Source: Gemmatimonadota bacterium (lineage in GTDB: Bacteria; Gemmatimonadota; Gemmatimonadetes; Longimicrobiales; Gaopeijiaceae). From it: DNA of 64,000 nucleotides. The position numbers and the translations under genes were made by a program. Numbering within the stretch: position 1 is the stretch's first letter; the number at the start of each line of letters is the position of its first letter. The notes beneath the pieces are model-generated. The model was not told the DNA's origin, did not search any database, and saw only the letters and a list, made by a program, of their open reading frames with translations. This document shows positions 10,473 through 21,055 of the stretch, piece by piece. Where the stretch lies: NCBI GenBank assembly GCA_039589315.1, contig JBDHHQ010000001.1:64001-128000 (forward strand), in the 5' to 3' direction.

Positions 10473-10839
10473 GCAGCTTCTTCGGGCTGAAGGGCTTGGT
10501 GACGAAGTCTCTCGCTCCCAGGGAGAACGCTTGCTCCCGGTCGGTATCCTGGCCCTTGGCCGTGAGGACGACGATCGGGAGGCTCAGGCGGTGGTCGAGC
10601 TCCTGCACCCTGGCCAGCACCTCGAGTCCCGAGGCCTCGGGCATCATGAGGTCGAGCAGCACGAGGTCGTAGTGGGTGTCTCCCTCCAGGACATCCAGGG
10701 CGGCGCGGCCGTCGGGTACCGTGTCGATGTCGAAGGGGCGGGACCGGAGCAGGGTGGTCAGGATCCGCCGGACATGGGGTTCGTCGTCGGCAACCAGGAC
10801 CCGCCGCTCGCCGGCGGGAGTCGGTGCCCTTTCGACCAA
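10438..10839 (-). CDS. Single-domain response regulator (receiver only)
   Basis: VLVADDE, DLVLLDLMMP, LTAKG, TKPFSP; AGGAGG RBS (10845-10850) before TTG start. Confidence 0.92.
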   Translation of the reverse strand: MVERAPTPAGERRVLVADDEPHVRRILTTLLRSRPFDIDTVPDGRAALDVLEGDTHYDLVLLDLMMPEASGLEVLARVQELDHRLSLPIVVLTAKGQDTDREQAFSLGARDFVTKPFSPKKLLALIDALLEHP

Positions 10840-10878
10840 GAGAACCTCCTGCTGGGGAGACCGATCCTGAAGGCGGGG

Positions 10879-10908
10879 AACCTACCGGCCGGGGGGTGTA
10901 AATGTCAA
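10879..10908 (-). promoter_or_regulatory. Sigma70-type promoter for the receiver-manC operon
   Basis: TTGACA-N18-TAGGTT on minus strand, about 40 nt upstream of the start. Confidence 0.6.
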
Positions 10909-11002
10909 GAAATCAGCGCCTTCCCGGCCTCCGCTGACAGCGGTGTGCCGCCGGGTGCCGGAAGCGTTCGCGCAGGTCCCTCGCACCTCTGACGACACCC
11001 AA

Positions 11003-11587
11003 GTGAATCGACCCCGCTCCCCGTCCCGGCTACTGGTCTCGGGTCTGACGGCGCTCGTTCTCGGCGGCGCCGCGGCCGCCTGTGGGGACGACCCGTTCCA
11101 GATCACCTGGATCTCGACGCCCGACACCACGGTGATCTACTCGTTGGCCCGCCCCGAGCTGGGATTGCCGTCCGCCTTCGACTTCCTGGATCGTGACCGT
11201 TTCGTGGTCGAGGCACCGGGCTCCACCGACGCGTGGGACGTGGCGCTGGACACGCGTGACGGGCGTCTGGCCCTGGTCCCGCCCGGCGCCCTGGGAGTCG
11301 TGAGCGAGGCGCGCATCACGGTGATCGCGGACGTGAGCTTCGACGATGTCCTGGAGGCACCGGCGGATACGACCCTGTACACGGCCACGGATCCGGTCTT
11401 CCTCGCCCTGGGCAATGTCTACGTGGTGCGCACACGCCTCCAGTCCTCCAGCTTCGGTGTCTGTATGTTCTACGCCAAGCTCGAGCCCCTCGTCATCGAC
11501 ACGGAGCTCGAGAGCGTCCATTTCGTCTTCGACAACAACCCCCGCTGCGAGGACCGAAACCTCCAGCCTGACCAGGAACGGAGCTGA
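11003..11587 (+). CDS. Hypothetical lipoprotein, possibly HmuY-like
   Basis: Signal peptide with lipobox AAAC; WDVAL and YVVRT...YAKL segments. Confidence 0.7.
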   Translation: MNRPRSPSRLLVSGLTALVLGGAAAACGDDPFQITWISTPDTTVIYSLARPELGLPSAFDFLDRDRFVVEAPGSTDAWDVALDTRDGRLALVPPGALGVVSEARITVIADVSFDDVLEAPADTTLYTATDPVFLALGNVYVVRTRLQSSSFGVCMFYAKLEPLVIDTELESVHFVFDNNPRCEDRNLQPDQERS

Positions 11588-11591
11588 CGTC

Positions 11592-12866
11592 ATGCTGGAC
11601 ATCCGTTCGATCCGGCAGGAGCCCGACACGCTCAAGGCCGGCCTGGCCAGAAGGGGCGTCGAGGGCGGCGACGGCATGGTGGACGAGCTCCTCGCCCAGG
11701 ACCTGAGCCGCCGTGAGGGGATCGCCGAGGTCGACGTGTTGAAAGCCCGGCGCAACGAGGCCTCCCGCCGAATCGGCGAGATGAAGAAGGCGGGCGAGAC
11801 GGCCGACGACGTCATCGCCGAGATGCGGGCCGTGGCCACGGCCATCGGCGAGCTCGACGCCCGGGTGATGGCGTGCGACCGCCGAATCGAGGAGCTCTTG
11901 CTGTCCATCCCCAACTCGCCCCTGGCCGAGGTGCCGTGCGGCGGTGAGGAGAACAACGAGGTCGTGCGGACCTGGGGCACGCGCCGGGAGTTCGACTTCG
12001 CCCCCCAGGCCCATTGGGACCTGGGCGAGGCCCTGGACATCCTGGACCTGCCCCGCGGCGCCAAGGTGTCCGGATCGGGCTTTCCGCTGCTGAAGGGCGT
12101 GGGCGCTCGCCTGCAGCGCGTGCTCATCGACTTCATGATCGACCTGCACGTCGGGGAGCACGGGTACCGGGAGCTGCGCGTGCCGTATCTGGTCACCCCT
12201 GAGGCGCTCATGGGCACTGGACAGCTCCCCAAGTTCGCCGATGAGTCGTACCAGACCGAACGCGACGACCTGTGGCTGATCCCGACCGCGGAGGTGCCGG
12301 TCACCAACCTCCACCGGGACGAGATCCTGGAGGCGGACGAGCTCCCGGTTCTGTACACCGCCTACTCGCCGTGCTTCAGGCGAGAGGCGGGCGCAGCCGG
12401 AAAGGACACCCGGGGGCTGCTTCGCGTGCACCAGTTCGACAAGGTCGAGCTCGTCCGCTACGAGCGACCGGACCGGAGCCTGGAGGCCCTGGAGGAGCTC
12501 ACCGGCGAGGCCGAAAGGGTCCTGCAGATCCTGAACCTGCCGTACCGGGTCGTGCGGCTGGCGACGGGAGACCTGGGCTTCTCTTCGGCCATGACGTACG
12601 ACCTCGAGGTGTGGGCCCCCGGCGTGGAGCGGTGGCTCGAAGTCTCGAGCTGTAGCACCTTCACGGACTATCAGAGCCGACGGGCCAACATCCGATTCCG
12701 ACCGGCCGCCGGGGAGAAGCCCCGGTTCGTCCACACCCTGAACGGGTCCGGGCTCGCGTTGCCCCGGTTGATGGTGGCGATCCTGGAGACCTACCAGGAG
12801 GCAGATGGAACCGTCACGGTGCCAGAATCGGTCCGGGATCGGCTCGGGACGGATCGCCTGGCGTAG
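11592..12866 (+). CDS. serS: Serine--tRNA ligase
   Basis: LIPTAEVP, CFRREAGAAGKDTRGLLRVHQFDKVE, HTLNGSGLA. Confidence 0.98.
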   Translation: MLDIRSIRQEPDTLKAGLARRGVEGGDGMVDELLAQDLSRREGIAEVDVLKARRNEASRRIGEMKKAGETADDVIAEMRAVATAIGELDARVMACDRRIEELLLSIPNSPLAEVPCGGEENNEVVRTWGTRREFDFAPQAHWDLGEALDILDLPRGAKVSGSGFPLLKGVGARLQRVLIDFMIDLHVGEHGYRELRVPYLVTPEALMGTGQLPKFADESYQTERDDLWLIPTAEVPVTNLHRDEILEADELPVLYTAYSPCFRREAGAAGKDTRGLLRVHQFDKVELVRYERPDRSLEALEELTGEAERVLQILNLPYRVVRLATGDLGFSSAMTYDLEVWAPGVERWLEVSSCSTFTDYQSRRANIRFRPAAGEKPRFVHTLNGSGLALPRLMVAILETYQEADGTVTVPESVRDRLGTDRLA

Positions 12867-12929
12867 GCGAGGGCCGCGGGGACGGAGTGTCCGTACCCGG
12901 AGCTCGCACGACCGACCTGGAGGGGCCGC

Positions 12930-14180
12930 GTGCTGACCCGGAGGGGTTGGTCGCTGGCCCTGGCCGTGCTGTTCGGCAGCCTGCTCGTCTGGTACATCGC
13001 CTACACCCAGCGGATCGTGGACGCGCTCCGGGAAGACGGTGCGGTCCTGACCGAGGTGTTCGCCGAGGTCCAGGAGTGGGCCAGCGATCCCGACCCCGCC
13101 GCGGCCGACGAGACCCTCTTCGAGCTCCAGCGCCTGGTCGTGGAGGTGGGTGTGCCTCTCGTAGTCACCGACCCACGAGATTCGGTTCTGGCCGTGGAGA
13201 ACCTGCCCTTCGAAGCCGACCCGACGACGCCCGAGGGTCAGGCCCGGATCCAGCAATACGTCGTCCAGCTCTCCGCCCGGCGGAGCCCGGTGGGAGACCC
13301 GGCGGGGAACCACATCCACTTCGGTGACACGCCGGTCGTACGGCAGCTGCGCTGGGTCCCCTGGCTCCAGGTCGGGGGGCTGGTGCTGACCGCCCTGATC
13401 GGCTTCGTGGTGTTCACCTTTCAACGCAGGGCCGAGGCGGAGCGGGCGTGGGCCGGGATGGCCAGGGAGCTGGCCCACCAGCTCGGCACACCGCTCAGCT
13501 CGCTGGAGGGCTGGCTCGAGCTGCTTCGACTGCCGCTTGACGAGCGACCCGAGAGCCTCCCCAGCCTCGAGATTGCCCGGGGGATCGAGGAGGACCTGGA
13601 GCGCCTGGAGCGGGTGAGCCGCCGGTTCGAGCTCATCGGCCGGTCACCGGACCTCCGTCCGTTGGCTCTGTCGACGGTGGGGGGGGAATTGGAGCAGTAC
13701 ATACGCGCCCGGCTCCCTCGTTTCGGCTCCGACGTGCGTCTCATGGTGGACATTCCGGACACCTTGCCCCTCATCCGCGGCAACGGAGTGCTGCTCGTCT
13801 GGGCCCTGGAGAACCTGGTGAAGAACTCGTTGGACGCCCTGGCCGGCCGCGGCGGGCGCATCATGATCTATGCCCGGTCCGAGACGCCGGGCTGGGTGAC
13901 GCTCCGCGTGCGCGACACCGGTCCCGGTGTGACCGTCGATCTCCGGGAACGCCTCTTCGAGCCGGGGACGAGCGGCAAGAAGGGGGGATGGGGCGTCGGC
14001 CTGGCGCTGGCGCAGCGGATTTTCGAGAGCATGCACGGCGGTCGCATCGAGCTCTTGGAGCGGAACCGACGAGGCGCGACCTTTCAGGTGCGGTTGCCGA
14101 CCGCCGCCGAGACCCTCGAGCCCGTTCCCCAGGTGCGTGCGGCGGGTGCGGATCGGACCCCTGGCGCCGCGCCGCGTTGA
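12930..14180 (+). CDS. Membrane sensor histidine kinase
   Basis: Two TM segments, H-box ARELAHQLGTP, N-box ENLVKNSLDA, DTGPG, GWGVGL. Confidence 0.92.
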   Translation: MLTRRGWSLALAVLFGSLLVWYIAYTQRIVDALREDGAVLTEVFAEVQEWASDPDPAAADETLFELQRLVVEVGVPLVVTDPRDSVLAVENLPFEADPTTPEGQARIQQYVVQLSARRSPVGDPAGNHIHFGDTPVVRQLRWVPWLQVGGLVLTALIGFVVFTFQRRAEAERAWAGMARELAHQLGTPLSSLEGWLELLRLPLDERPESLPSLEIARGIEEDLERLERVSRRFELIGRSPDLRPLALSTVGGELEQYIRARLPRFGSDVRLMVDIPDTLPLIRGNGVLLVWALENLVKNSLDALAGRGGRIMIYARSETPGWVTLRVRDTGPGVTVDLRERLFEPGTSGKKGGWGVGLALAQRIFESMHGGRIELLERNRRGATFQVRLPTAAETLEPVPQVRAAGADRTPGAAPR

Positions 14181-14263
14181 GGCCTAGCCTCGAGCGACTC
14201 GGTGCCGGAGTCTCGGCGCTGGCCCTGGGGCACCACCGCTCGTCCACATCCTTGCCGGAGCCC

Positions 14264-16549
14264 ATGATCGAGAAGGACCACGCCGCCCCGCCCTACGCCC
14301 AGGGCCTGAACCCCGAACAGCAAGCAGCCGTCTCCCACTTCGAGGGACCGATCCTGGTACTGGCCGGCGCCGGGTCCGGCAAGACCCGGGTGCTGACGGT
14401 GAGGATCTGTCACCTGATCCAGCACCATGGGGTGCCGCCGGAACGGATCCTCGCCGTCACCTTCACCAACAAGGCGGCACAGGAGATGAGGACGAGGATC
14501 CGCCGCGCCCTGGGCACCGAGCCGGCGGGCATGTGGATGGGCACGTTCCACTCCATGGGCGCGCGCCTGCTCCGGCGTCATGCGCCGCAGCTGGGTTGGT
14601 CCCACACCTTCACCATCCTCGATGCCGAGCAGAGCCTCCGGCAGATCAAGCGGACCACCGAGGCGGTGGGCCTCGATCCGAAGCGGTGGTCACCGAAGGC
14701 GATCCGGGCCCAGATCAGCGGTGCCAAGAACCAGCTCGTGGGTCCCCAGGACTTCGCCGCCGACAACGGGGACAGCTTCGACGTGTTCGTCCGCAACGTC
14801 GCGAAGGTGTATCCCCGTTATCAGCGCTCCCTGAAGGACCAGAACGCCTTCGACTTCGACGATCTGCTCGTGAGACCCGTGGAGCTTCTCCAGCAGGACG
14901 AGCGCCTCCTCGAGCGGTACCGCGAGCGATTCGCCTTCGTCCTGGTGGACGAGTATCAGGACACCAACCGGGCCCAGTTCCGCTTTGTGGAGCTACTGGC
15001 CGGGGAGCACCGGAACCTCATGGTCGTGGGCGACGACGATCAGAGCATCTACGGCTGGAGGGGCGCCGACATCCGCAACATCCTCGACTTCGAGCAAGCG
15101 TTTCCCGGGGCCGCCACCGTGCGGCTCGAGCAGAACTACCGGTCCACGGAGCGGATCCTGGCCGCAGCCAACGCCGTGATCGCGCTGAACTTGCGGCGAA
15201 AGGGCAAGACGCTGCGCACGGAACGGGTGGGCGGGGAGACGATCACGCTCGTCGAGACGGGCGATGAGACGGACGAAGCCGGCTGGATCGTCGAGGAGAT
15301 CCTGGAGCGGTTCCAGGACCGGCCCGACCGAAGCTACCGGCGCTTCTCGGTGCTCTACCGCACAAACGCCCAATCCAGGGCGCTCGAAGACGCCTTTCGG
15401 CGGCGCGGTGTCCCGTACCAGGTCGTGGGCGGCGTCCGCTTCTATGAGCGGCGTGAGATCCAGGACGTGCTGGCGTACCTGCGCCTCATCTCGAATCCCA
15501 AGGATGCCGAGGCCTTCGATCGGGTGGTCAACTACCCGCGACGCGGCGTCGGAGCCACGAGCATGGGGCACGTCAGGGGCTGGGCAGAGTCCGAGGACCT
15601 GACCCTCCTCGAGGCGGCGGCCCGAAGCTCCGAGATCGCCGGGCTGCGGACGGCCGCCGCCCGGGGCCTCGACGGCGTCGCCTCGCTGATCCAACGGTAC
15701 TCGGCCAGGGCGGCCCGGCAGCGCGTCGGCGACCTGCTCAGCGACCTGATCGAGGAGTTGGAGCTGGTGAGGCACCTCCGCGCCGAGGGCCCCGAGGGCG
15801 AAGACAGGATCGAGAACGTCAAGGAGCTCATCGCCGGGGCGCTGGACTTCGACGCGGAGCTGATGGAGGACTGGGACGAGGGCGAGCGCGACCGCTTCAC
15901 CGAGTTGGACCTGTTCCTGCAGCAGGTGGCGCTCGTCGCCGACGTGGACCGCCATGATCCGGACGCCGACGCGGTGGTCCTCATGACCCTCCACAACGCG
16001 AAGGGCCTGGAGTTCCCCTCGGTGTTCATCGCCGGCCTGGAGGACGGGCTGTTCCCCCTGAGTCGGGCCTTCGAGGAGCCCGAGCAACTGGAGGAGGAGC
16101 GCCGGCTCTTCTACGTGGGGCTCACCCGGGCGGAGGACAAGCTGTACCTGACGCATGCACGCCGCCGCCGCCGAGCCGGCGAGTACATGTATGGCGGCCT
16201 CTCCTCCTTCGTGGAGGCGATCCCCGCCGATCTGCTGGAGAAGCGGAAGTCGCTGAGGCTCCGAGCCCGGGACACGGCGTCGGAGGCCTACCGGACCCGG
16301 GTGCCGGCCCGGACGGAAGCCGCCCGCCGGCCCATGGCGGACTTCGACCCCGACCTGGACTTCTCCCTGAACCAGGACCTGCCACGGTTCGTGAAGGGTG
16401 AGCGGGTGGTCCATGCGACGTTCGGCGAGGGCTCCATCGTCGACGTCTCCGGCTTCGGCCGGGATCTGAAGCTGCTGGTGGAGTTCGACGAGGTAGGCAG
16501 GAAAAAGCTGCTGGCGCGGTACGCCGGGCTGGAACGGCCCTTCGACTGA
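14264..16549 (+). CDS. pcrA: ATP-dependent DNA helicase PcrA/UvrD
   Basis: AGAGSGKT, VDEYQD, VVGDDDQSIY, LEQNYRS, MTLHNAKGLEF, EEERRLFYV, C-terminal Tudor-like H..FGEG. Confidence 0.95.
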   Translation: MIEKDHAAPPYAQGLNPEQQAAVSHFEGPILVLAGAGSGKTRVLTVRICHLIQHHGVPPERILAVTFTNKAAQEMRTRIRRALGTEPAGMWMGTFHSMGARLLRRHAPQLGWSHTFTILDAEQSLRQIKRTTEAVGLDPKRWSPKAIRAQISGAKNQLVGPQDFAADNGDSFDVFVRNVAKVYPRYQRSLKDQNAFDFDDLLVRPVELLQQDERLLERYRERFAFVLVDEYQDTNRAQFRFVELLAGEHRNLMVVGDDDQSIYGWRGADIRNILDFEQAFPGAATVRLEQNYRSTERILAAANAVIALNLRRKGKTLRTERVGGETITLVETGDETDEAGWIVEEILERFQDRPDRSYRRFSVLYRTNAQSRALEDAFRRRGVPYQVVGGVRFYERREIQDVLAYLRLISNPKDAEAFDRVVNYPRRGVGATSMGHVRGWAESEDLTLLEAAARSSEIAGLRTAAARGLDGVASLIQRYSARAARQRVGDLLSDLIEELELVRHLRAEGPEGEDRIENVKELIAGALDFDAELMEDWDEGERDRFTELDLFLQQVALVADVDRHDPDADAVVLMTLHNAKGLEFPSVFIAGLEDGLFPLSRAFEEPEQLEEERRLFYVGLTRAEDKLYLTHARRRRRAGEYMYGGLSSFVEAIPADLLEKRKSLRLRARDTASEAYRTRVPARTEAARRPMADFDPDLDFSLNQDLPRFVKGERVVHATFGEGSIVDVSGFGRDLKLLVEFDEVGRKKLLARYAGLERPFD

Positions 16550-16561
16550 GGAGACCCGCTC

Positions 16562-16885
16562 TTGTCCGTCACCCCTGAGGACGTACGGCGCGTGGCCGCT
16601 CTGGCCCACCTGGTCTTGCCGGACGACGAGACCCGGCGGCTGACCCGGGAGTTGAATGCCATCCTGGAGCACGTCGCGGCGCTGCCGACGGCCGAAGCGG
16701 CTGAGGCCGCCGGAGCGTCGGTGGGTCCGTCGAGGGCCCCGGAGCGCCGCCCGGGAGACGCCGAGCCCGACCCGCTTCGGCTGCCGCCCGAGAGCTTCGC
16801 GCCGGACTTGCGGGATGGTCTCTTCGTGGTGCCGGGACTGTCGGTCCTGCAGGAGGAGGGCGGGGGGGAGGGCCCCGACCCGTGA
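16562..16885 (+). CDS. gatC: Asp/Glu-tRNA amidotransferase subunit C
   Basis: [24 protein letters not shown]; directly upstream of gatA. Confidence 0.85.
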   Translation: MSVTPEDVRRVAALAHLVLPDDETRRLTRELNAILEHVAALPTAEAAEAAGASVGPSRAPERRPGDAEPDPLRLPPESFAPDLRDGLFVVPGLSVLQEEGGGEGPDP

Positions 16886-18369
16886 GCGACGGGCCTCTCG
16901 CCCGGCCGATCTCGGCCATGGCCCGGGCCGTCCGCGCCGGGACGGTAGGGCCGAGCCACTTCGTCTCCGCCGCCCTGGAGGCGATCCGGGCCCGGGACGA
17001 TCTGAACGCCTTTCTGTCGGTCCTCCCGGGCCCGGAGGCCGGCCCTCCTCCTCCGGCTTCGTCCCCCGGGCAGCCTCGAACCCATGGCGTCGACAGCCCA
17101 GGGAGCAGCACGGCAGCCCGGGAAGACGGAGCGCTGGCGGGCGTGCCCATCGCCGTTAAGGACAACCTGGCGACCCTGGACATGCCGACCACGTGCGCCT
17201 CCCGGATGCTCGAGGGCTATCGGTCACCGTTCGAGGCCACCGCGGTACGCCGCCTCCGCGATGCCGGCGCCGTGATCGTGGGCAAGACCAACCTGGACGA
17301 GTTCGGAATGGGGTCCTCGACCGAAAACTCCGCGCGCGGGCCCACGCTGAACCCGGCGGACCGCGAGCGCGTGCCAGGAGGCAGCTCCGGGGGATCGGCC
17401 GCGGCCGTGGCCGCCGGTCTGGTTCCGGGGGCGCTGGGCTCGGACACCGGGGGCTCGGTGCGTCAGCCCGCCGCCCTGTGCGGAGTCGTGGGCATCAAGC
17501 CCACCTACGGGCTCGTGTCCCGCTACGGGCTCGTGGCCTTCGCCTCGTCGCTGGACCAGGTCGGGACCCTCGCGAGAACGGTGGAGGACGCTGCGGCACT
17601 CCTGGACGCCATCGCCGGGCACGACCCGCGCGACTCCACGTCCCAGGCCCGGCCTCGCCATTCGTTCGCCGCCGCCGCCCTCGGAGGCGCGGAAGGTCTT
17701 CGGGTAGGGGTGCCCAGAGAGTACTTGCCGGAGTCGCTGGGACCCGAGATCCAGCGATTGTGCCAGCGTGCTCTCGACCGCCTCCGAGGTCGGGGCGCAG
17801 AGATCCTGGACGTCTCTCTCCCCAATACGCACCTCGCCATCCCGGCGTACTACGTCATCGCCCCAGCCGAGGCATCCAGCAATCTGGCCAGGTTCGACGG
17901 GGTCCGCTTCGGCCGCCGGGCCGAAGGGTCCCTGTCTCCTCGTGAGATGTATGAGCGATCCAGGTCCGAGGGCTTTGGCGTCGAGGTGAAGCGTCGGATC
18001 ATGCTGGGGACGTACGCGCTGTCCGCCGGCTATTACGACGCCTACTACGGCAGCGCCCAGAGGGCACGGGCTCGCGTGGCAGCCGACTTCGGCGACGCCT
18101 TCCAGGAGATGGACGTGCTCTTCACGCCTACGTCGCCCACGGTCGCCTTCCGCATTGGCGAGCGAGTGCAGGACCCGGTTCAGATGTACTTGAGCGACGT
18201 CTTCACGGTCACCGCCAACCTGGCCGGCATCCCGGCAATGTCCCTACCCATCGGCCGGAGCGGGGGGTTGCCGGTGGGCGGGCAGATCATGGCACCCCAC
18301 TGGGGCGAGGTCTCCATGCTCCGGGCGGCGGGCGCCCTGGAGGCGGCCCTGGCGGAGGACGGGACGTGA
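16882..18369 (+). CDS. gatA: Asp/Glu-tRNA amidotransferase subunit A
   Basis: Amidase signature [40 protein letters not shown]. Confidence 0.96.
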   Translation: MSDGPLARPISAMARAVRAGTVGPSHFVSAALEAIRARDDLNAFLSVLPGPEAGPPPPASSPGQPRTHGVDSPGSSTAAREDGALAGVPIAVKDNLATLDMPTTCASRMLEGYRSPFEATAVRRLRDAGAVIVGKTNLDEFGMGSSTENSARGPTLNPADRERVPGGSSGGSAAAVAAGLVPGALGSDTGGSVRQPAALCGVVGIKPTYGLVSRYGLVAFASSLDQVGTLARTVEDAAALLDAIAGHDPRDSTSQARPRHSFAAAALGGAEGLRVGVPREYLPESLGPEIQRLCQRALDRLRGRGAEILDVSLPNTHLAIPAYYVIAPAEASSNLARFDGVRFGRRAEGSLSPREMYERSRSEGFGVEVKRRIMLGTYALSAGYYDAYYGSAQRARARVAADFGDAFQEMDVLFTPTSPTVAFRIGERVQDPVQMYLSDVFTVTANLAGIPAMSLPIGRSGGLPVGGQIMAPHWGEVSMLRAAGALEAALAEDGT

Positions 18370-19835
18370 CGGACGACGCCGGCCCACGCGGGACCCCGAG
18401 CGGGTACGAGCCCGTCATCGGCCTGGAGGTGCACGTTCAGCTTCGCACCGCAGAGAAGCTGTTCTGCGCTGACTCTACGGCGTTCGGCGCGGCTCCCAAC
18501 ACGAATGTCTGCCCCGTGTGCCTGGGCCTGCCCGGCGCCCTCCCGGTCCTCAACGGCGAAGCCGTCCGACTCGCGGTCACAGTCGCGCTCGCGTTGGAGT
18601 GCCGCGTTCATCCCACGAGCGTCTTCGCCCGGAAGAACTACTTCTATCCCGACTTGCCCAAGGGGTACCAGATCTCCCAGTTCGAGGCGCCGCTGGCCAC
18701 CGGAGGTCGGTTCGCCGCCGGAGACGGGGAGCATGCCCCCGTGGTCGGCATCACGCGCATCCACATCGAGGAGGATGCGGGCAAGTCCCTGCACGATCGC
18801 TTCGAGGGTGCCACGGCCGTGGACCTGAACCGGACGGGCACTCCCCTCGTCGAAATCGTGACCGGACCGGACCTCGCGTCACCGGAGCACGCCCGGTCCT
18901 TCCTCCAACGCCTGAAGCGACTTCTCGAGTACCTGGACGTGAGCGACTGCAACATGGAGGAGGGGAGTCTCCGCGTGGATGCGAACGTCTCGGTGCGACC
19001 CTCCGGTTCCCGGGGCCTCGGGACCAAGACCGAGGTGAAGAACCTCAACTCGTTCTCCGCGGTGGAGCGGGCCCTTCACACGGAGATCGCCCGTCAGGTC
19101 GCGGTCCTGGAGCAGGGGGGGCGGATCGTACAGGAGACCCTGCTGTGGGACGCGGCCGCGGCTCGAGTCCGCACCATGCGGTCGAAGGAGGAGAGCCACG
19201 ACTACCGGTACTTCCCCGACCCCGACCTGCCGCCCCTGGTCCTGGAATCGTCCGAGATCGAGGCACTCCGGTCGACTCTGCCCGAGCTGCCCGACGACCG
19301 GCGCCGGCGTTTCGAGGTGGAGCTGGGACTGCCGGAGTACGACGCCGGTGTGCTCGCGGCGTCGAGGGGCGTCGCCGACTACTTCGAGGCCCTGGTGGCG
19401 GCGGGGCTTCAGGCCAAGGAGGCGTCCAACTGGGTGATGGGCCCGGTGCTACGTGAGGCCAACGAGCGGGGCCTCGGGCTCGCCGACTTCCCCGTTTCTC
19501 CCGCAGGACTCGTGGCGCTGGTGGAGTTGGTGGAGGACGGAACGTTGTCGCGGCGGATGGGCAGGCAGGTCCTGGTGGAGATGGTGGAGACCGGCCTGCC
19601 CGCAACCGAAATCGTCGAAGCCGGAGGCCTGGCCCAGGTTTCGGGTGCCGAGCAGCTGGAGGAGTGGGTTCAGGCCGCGCTGGCGGACCACCCGGACGAG
19701 GTGAGCCGTTACCGGGCGGGGCAGGCGCGGTTGCTCGGCTTCTTCATCGGGGAGGTCATGAAGCGCTCGGCGGGGCGGGCAGACCCAAAGGCTGCTCGGG
19801 CTGTTCTGTCTCGGCGGTTGGCTGGAGAGGGATGA
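18366..19835 (+). CDS. gatB: Asp/Glu-tRNA amidotransferase subunit B
   Basis: [47 protein letters not shown]. Confidence 0.97.
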   Translation: MTDDAGPRGTPSGYEPVIGLEVHVQLRTAEKLFCADSTAFGAAPNTNVCPVCLGLPGALPVLNGEAVRLAVTVALALECRVHPTSVFARKNYFYPDLPKGYQISQFEAPLATGGRFAAGDGEHAPVVGITRIHIEEDAGKSLHDRFEGATAVDLNRTGTPLVEIVTGPDLASPEHARSFLQRLKRLLEYLDVSDCNMEEGSLRVDANVSVRPSGSRGLGTKTEVKNLNSFSAVERALHTEIARQVAVLEQGGRIVQETLLWDAAAARVRTMRSKEESHDYRYFPDPDLPPLVLESSEIEALRSTLPELPDDRRRRFEVELGLPEYDAGVLAASRGVADYFEALVAAGLQAKEASNWVMGPVLREANERGLGLADFPVSPAGLVALVELVEDGTLSRRMGRQVLVEMVETGLPATEIVEAGGLAQVSGAEQLEEWVQAALADHPDEVSRYRAGQARLLGFFIGEVMKRSAGRADPKAARAVLSRRLAGEG

Positions 19836-20829
19836 CGTCCGCGCTCCAGGGCGTGTCGAATTCGGGCGACGGCCAGTAGCGCAGCGGCTCGGCAGGCAGT
19901 GGGAAGAACTCGTTGGCCATCTCCGCCAGTGCCGTGGCATCCTGGGCCTCGGGATTCGCCATGGCCACCCGGCGCACCTTCTTGGCGAGCCGCAGGTTCA
20001 GATCCCCGACCGGATCCAGAGCGCCAGGGCGCGAGTCGCTTCGGCTTGTCAGGTAGTCGACGACATAGTCGAAAGAGAGGGCGCCGTACTGCTCCACGTC
20101 GGTGTCCGGGAGGTCGAAGCGGGAGTTCTTCAGGACCCGATCGAAGACCTGTTGCCACTGATCGCTGTCCTGGATACGGATCATTCCGCGGAAGATGCGC
20201 CGATTCGTCTGAAAGCTGAAAAGGGTCCGGCTGAGCACGGCGTCGAAGAGGGCGTCGGCCTCGGAGTGATCGTAGTCGATCACGAGCCGGCGGGCCTTGG
20301 CCATGTGATCCTGGCCCACGTGCATGTCCATCCGGTGCTCCCAATACGTGTGCCCCAACGCCTGGGTCGTGCTGGTGAGCAGGAGCTGCCGGGGCACGAA
20401 GAGGTTGTGGGCGATCGTGTCCGCCGCCAGGTGCGCGAGGTAGCCGAGCCCGGTGGCTCTCAGCGCGTCGTTCTCGGCCGACGCCAGGATCTCCTCACCC
20501 ACCGGCCAGTGGTGACAGTGACGGCCCTCGGGAACGTACTTCTTGGCGAACGAGATGTCGGCGGCCACCGAGCCGTAGAGAAAGTGGATGGGAAACCTCT
20601 CGAGCAGCGCACGGATGGCTGGTGGCAGCAGGTAGAGAGAGGCCAGCACGGCCTCGCCCAGGGCCACGTGCGTGGCCGGGCCCCAGGCCCATGCGGGCTG
20701 GGGCAGCAGCAAGAGCCACCCCAGTGCCACGAGAAGTGCCGCCACCAAGGTCCTACCGCCCCCCCGAGTTCCAGGCACCCAGGAACGCTCCGCCCAGCCG
20801 AGAGAGGGCGGTGTGCGCGAGCTCCTCAC
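19756..20829 (-). CDS. Zinc-dependent phospholipase C/P1-nuclease family exported protein
   Basis: Signal peptide then AWA-WGPATH; ADISF, HLAADTIAH, HTYWE candidate zinc ligands; start may be as late as 20748. Confidence 0.8.
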   Translation of the reverse strand: MRSSRTPPSLGWAERSWVPGTRGGGRTLVAALLVALGWLLLLPQPAWAWGPATHVALGEAVLASLYLLPPAIRALLERFPIHFLYGSVAADISFAKKYVPEGRHCHHWPVGEEILASAENDALRATGLGYLAHLAADTIAHNLFVPRQLLLTSTTQALGHTYWEHRMDMHVGQDHMAKARRLVIDYDHSEADALFDAVLSRTLFSFQTNRRIFRGMIRIQDSDQWQQVFDRVLKNSRFDLPDTDVEQYGALSFDYVVDYLTSRSDSRPGALDPVGDLNLRLAKKVRRVAMANPEAQDATALAEMANEFFPLPAEPLRYWPSPEFDTPWSADVIPLQPTAETEQPEQPLGLPAPPSAS

Positions 20830-21055
20830 CCGCGCCGCGGGCGAGCCGGCCCGCTTCGTCCTTGAGCTCGCGAAGAAACGACGACTGGCTGGCTGTGCCC
20901 CGACGACGACTCCGTCGGCCCGGGCGGAGCCGGCGGGTCGGCGTGGGCGTTCGCTCCTGGGAGCGCAGCACTGTGACGACGCTCCAACCGATGGCGGCCC
21001 CGAGTGCGAGGGCTGCCGTGAAGTCCACAGCGTCTTTGGAAGGGAACGGCCTCAT
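20753..21055 (-). CDS. Small membrane-anchored protein, YtxH-like
   Basis: FTAALALGAAIG hydrophobic anchor then charged helix; ATG overlaps upstream stop (ATGA). Confidence 0.6.
   Translation of the reverse strand: MRPFPSKDAVDFTAALALGAAIGWSVVTVLRSQERTPTPTRRLRPGRRSRRRGTASQSSFLRELKDEAGRLARGAGEELAHTALSRLGGAFLGAWNSGGR

Noticed and set aside
17020..17130. Pro/Ser-rich insertion near the GatA N-terminus
   Set aside because: In frame and in a variable region; not intein-like; amidase motifs intact
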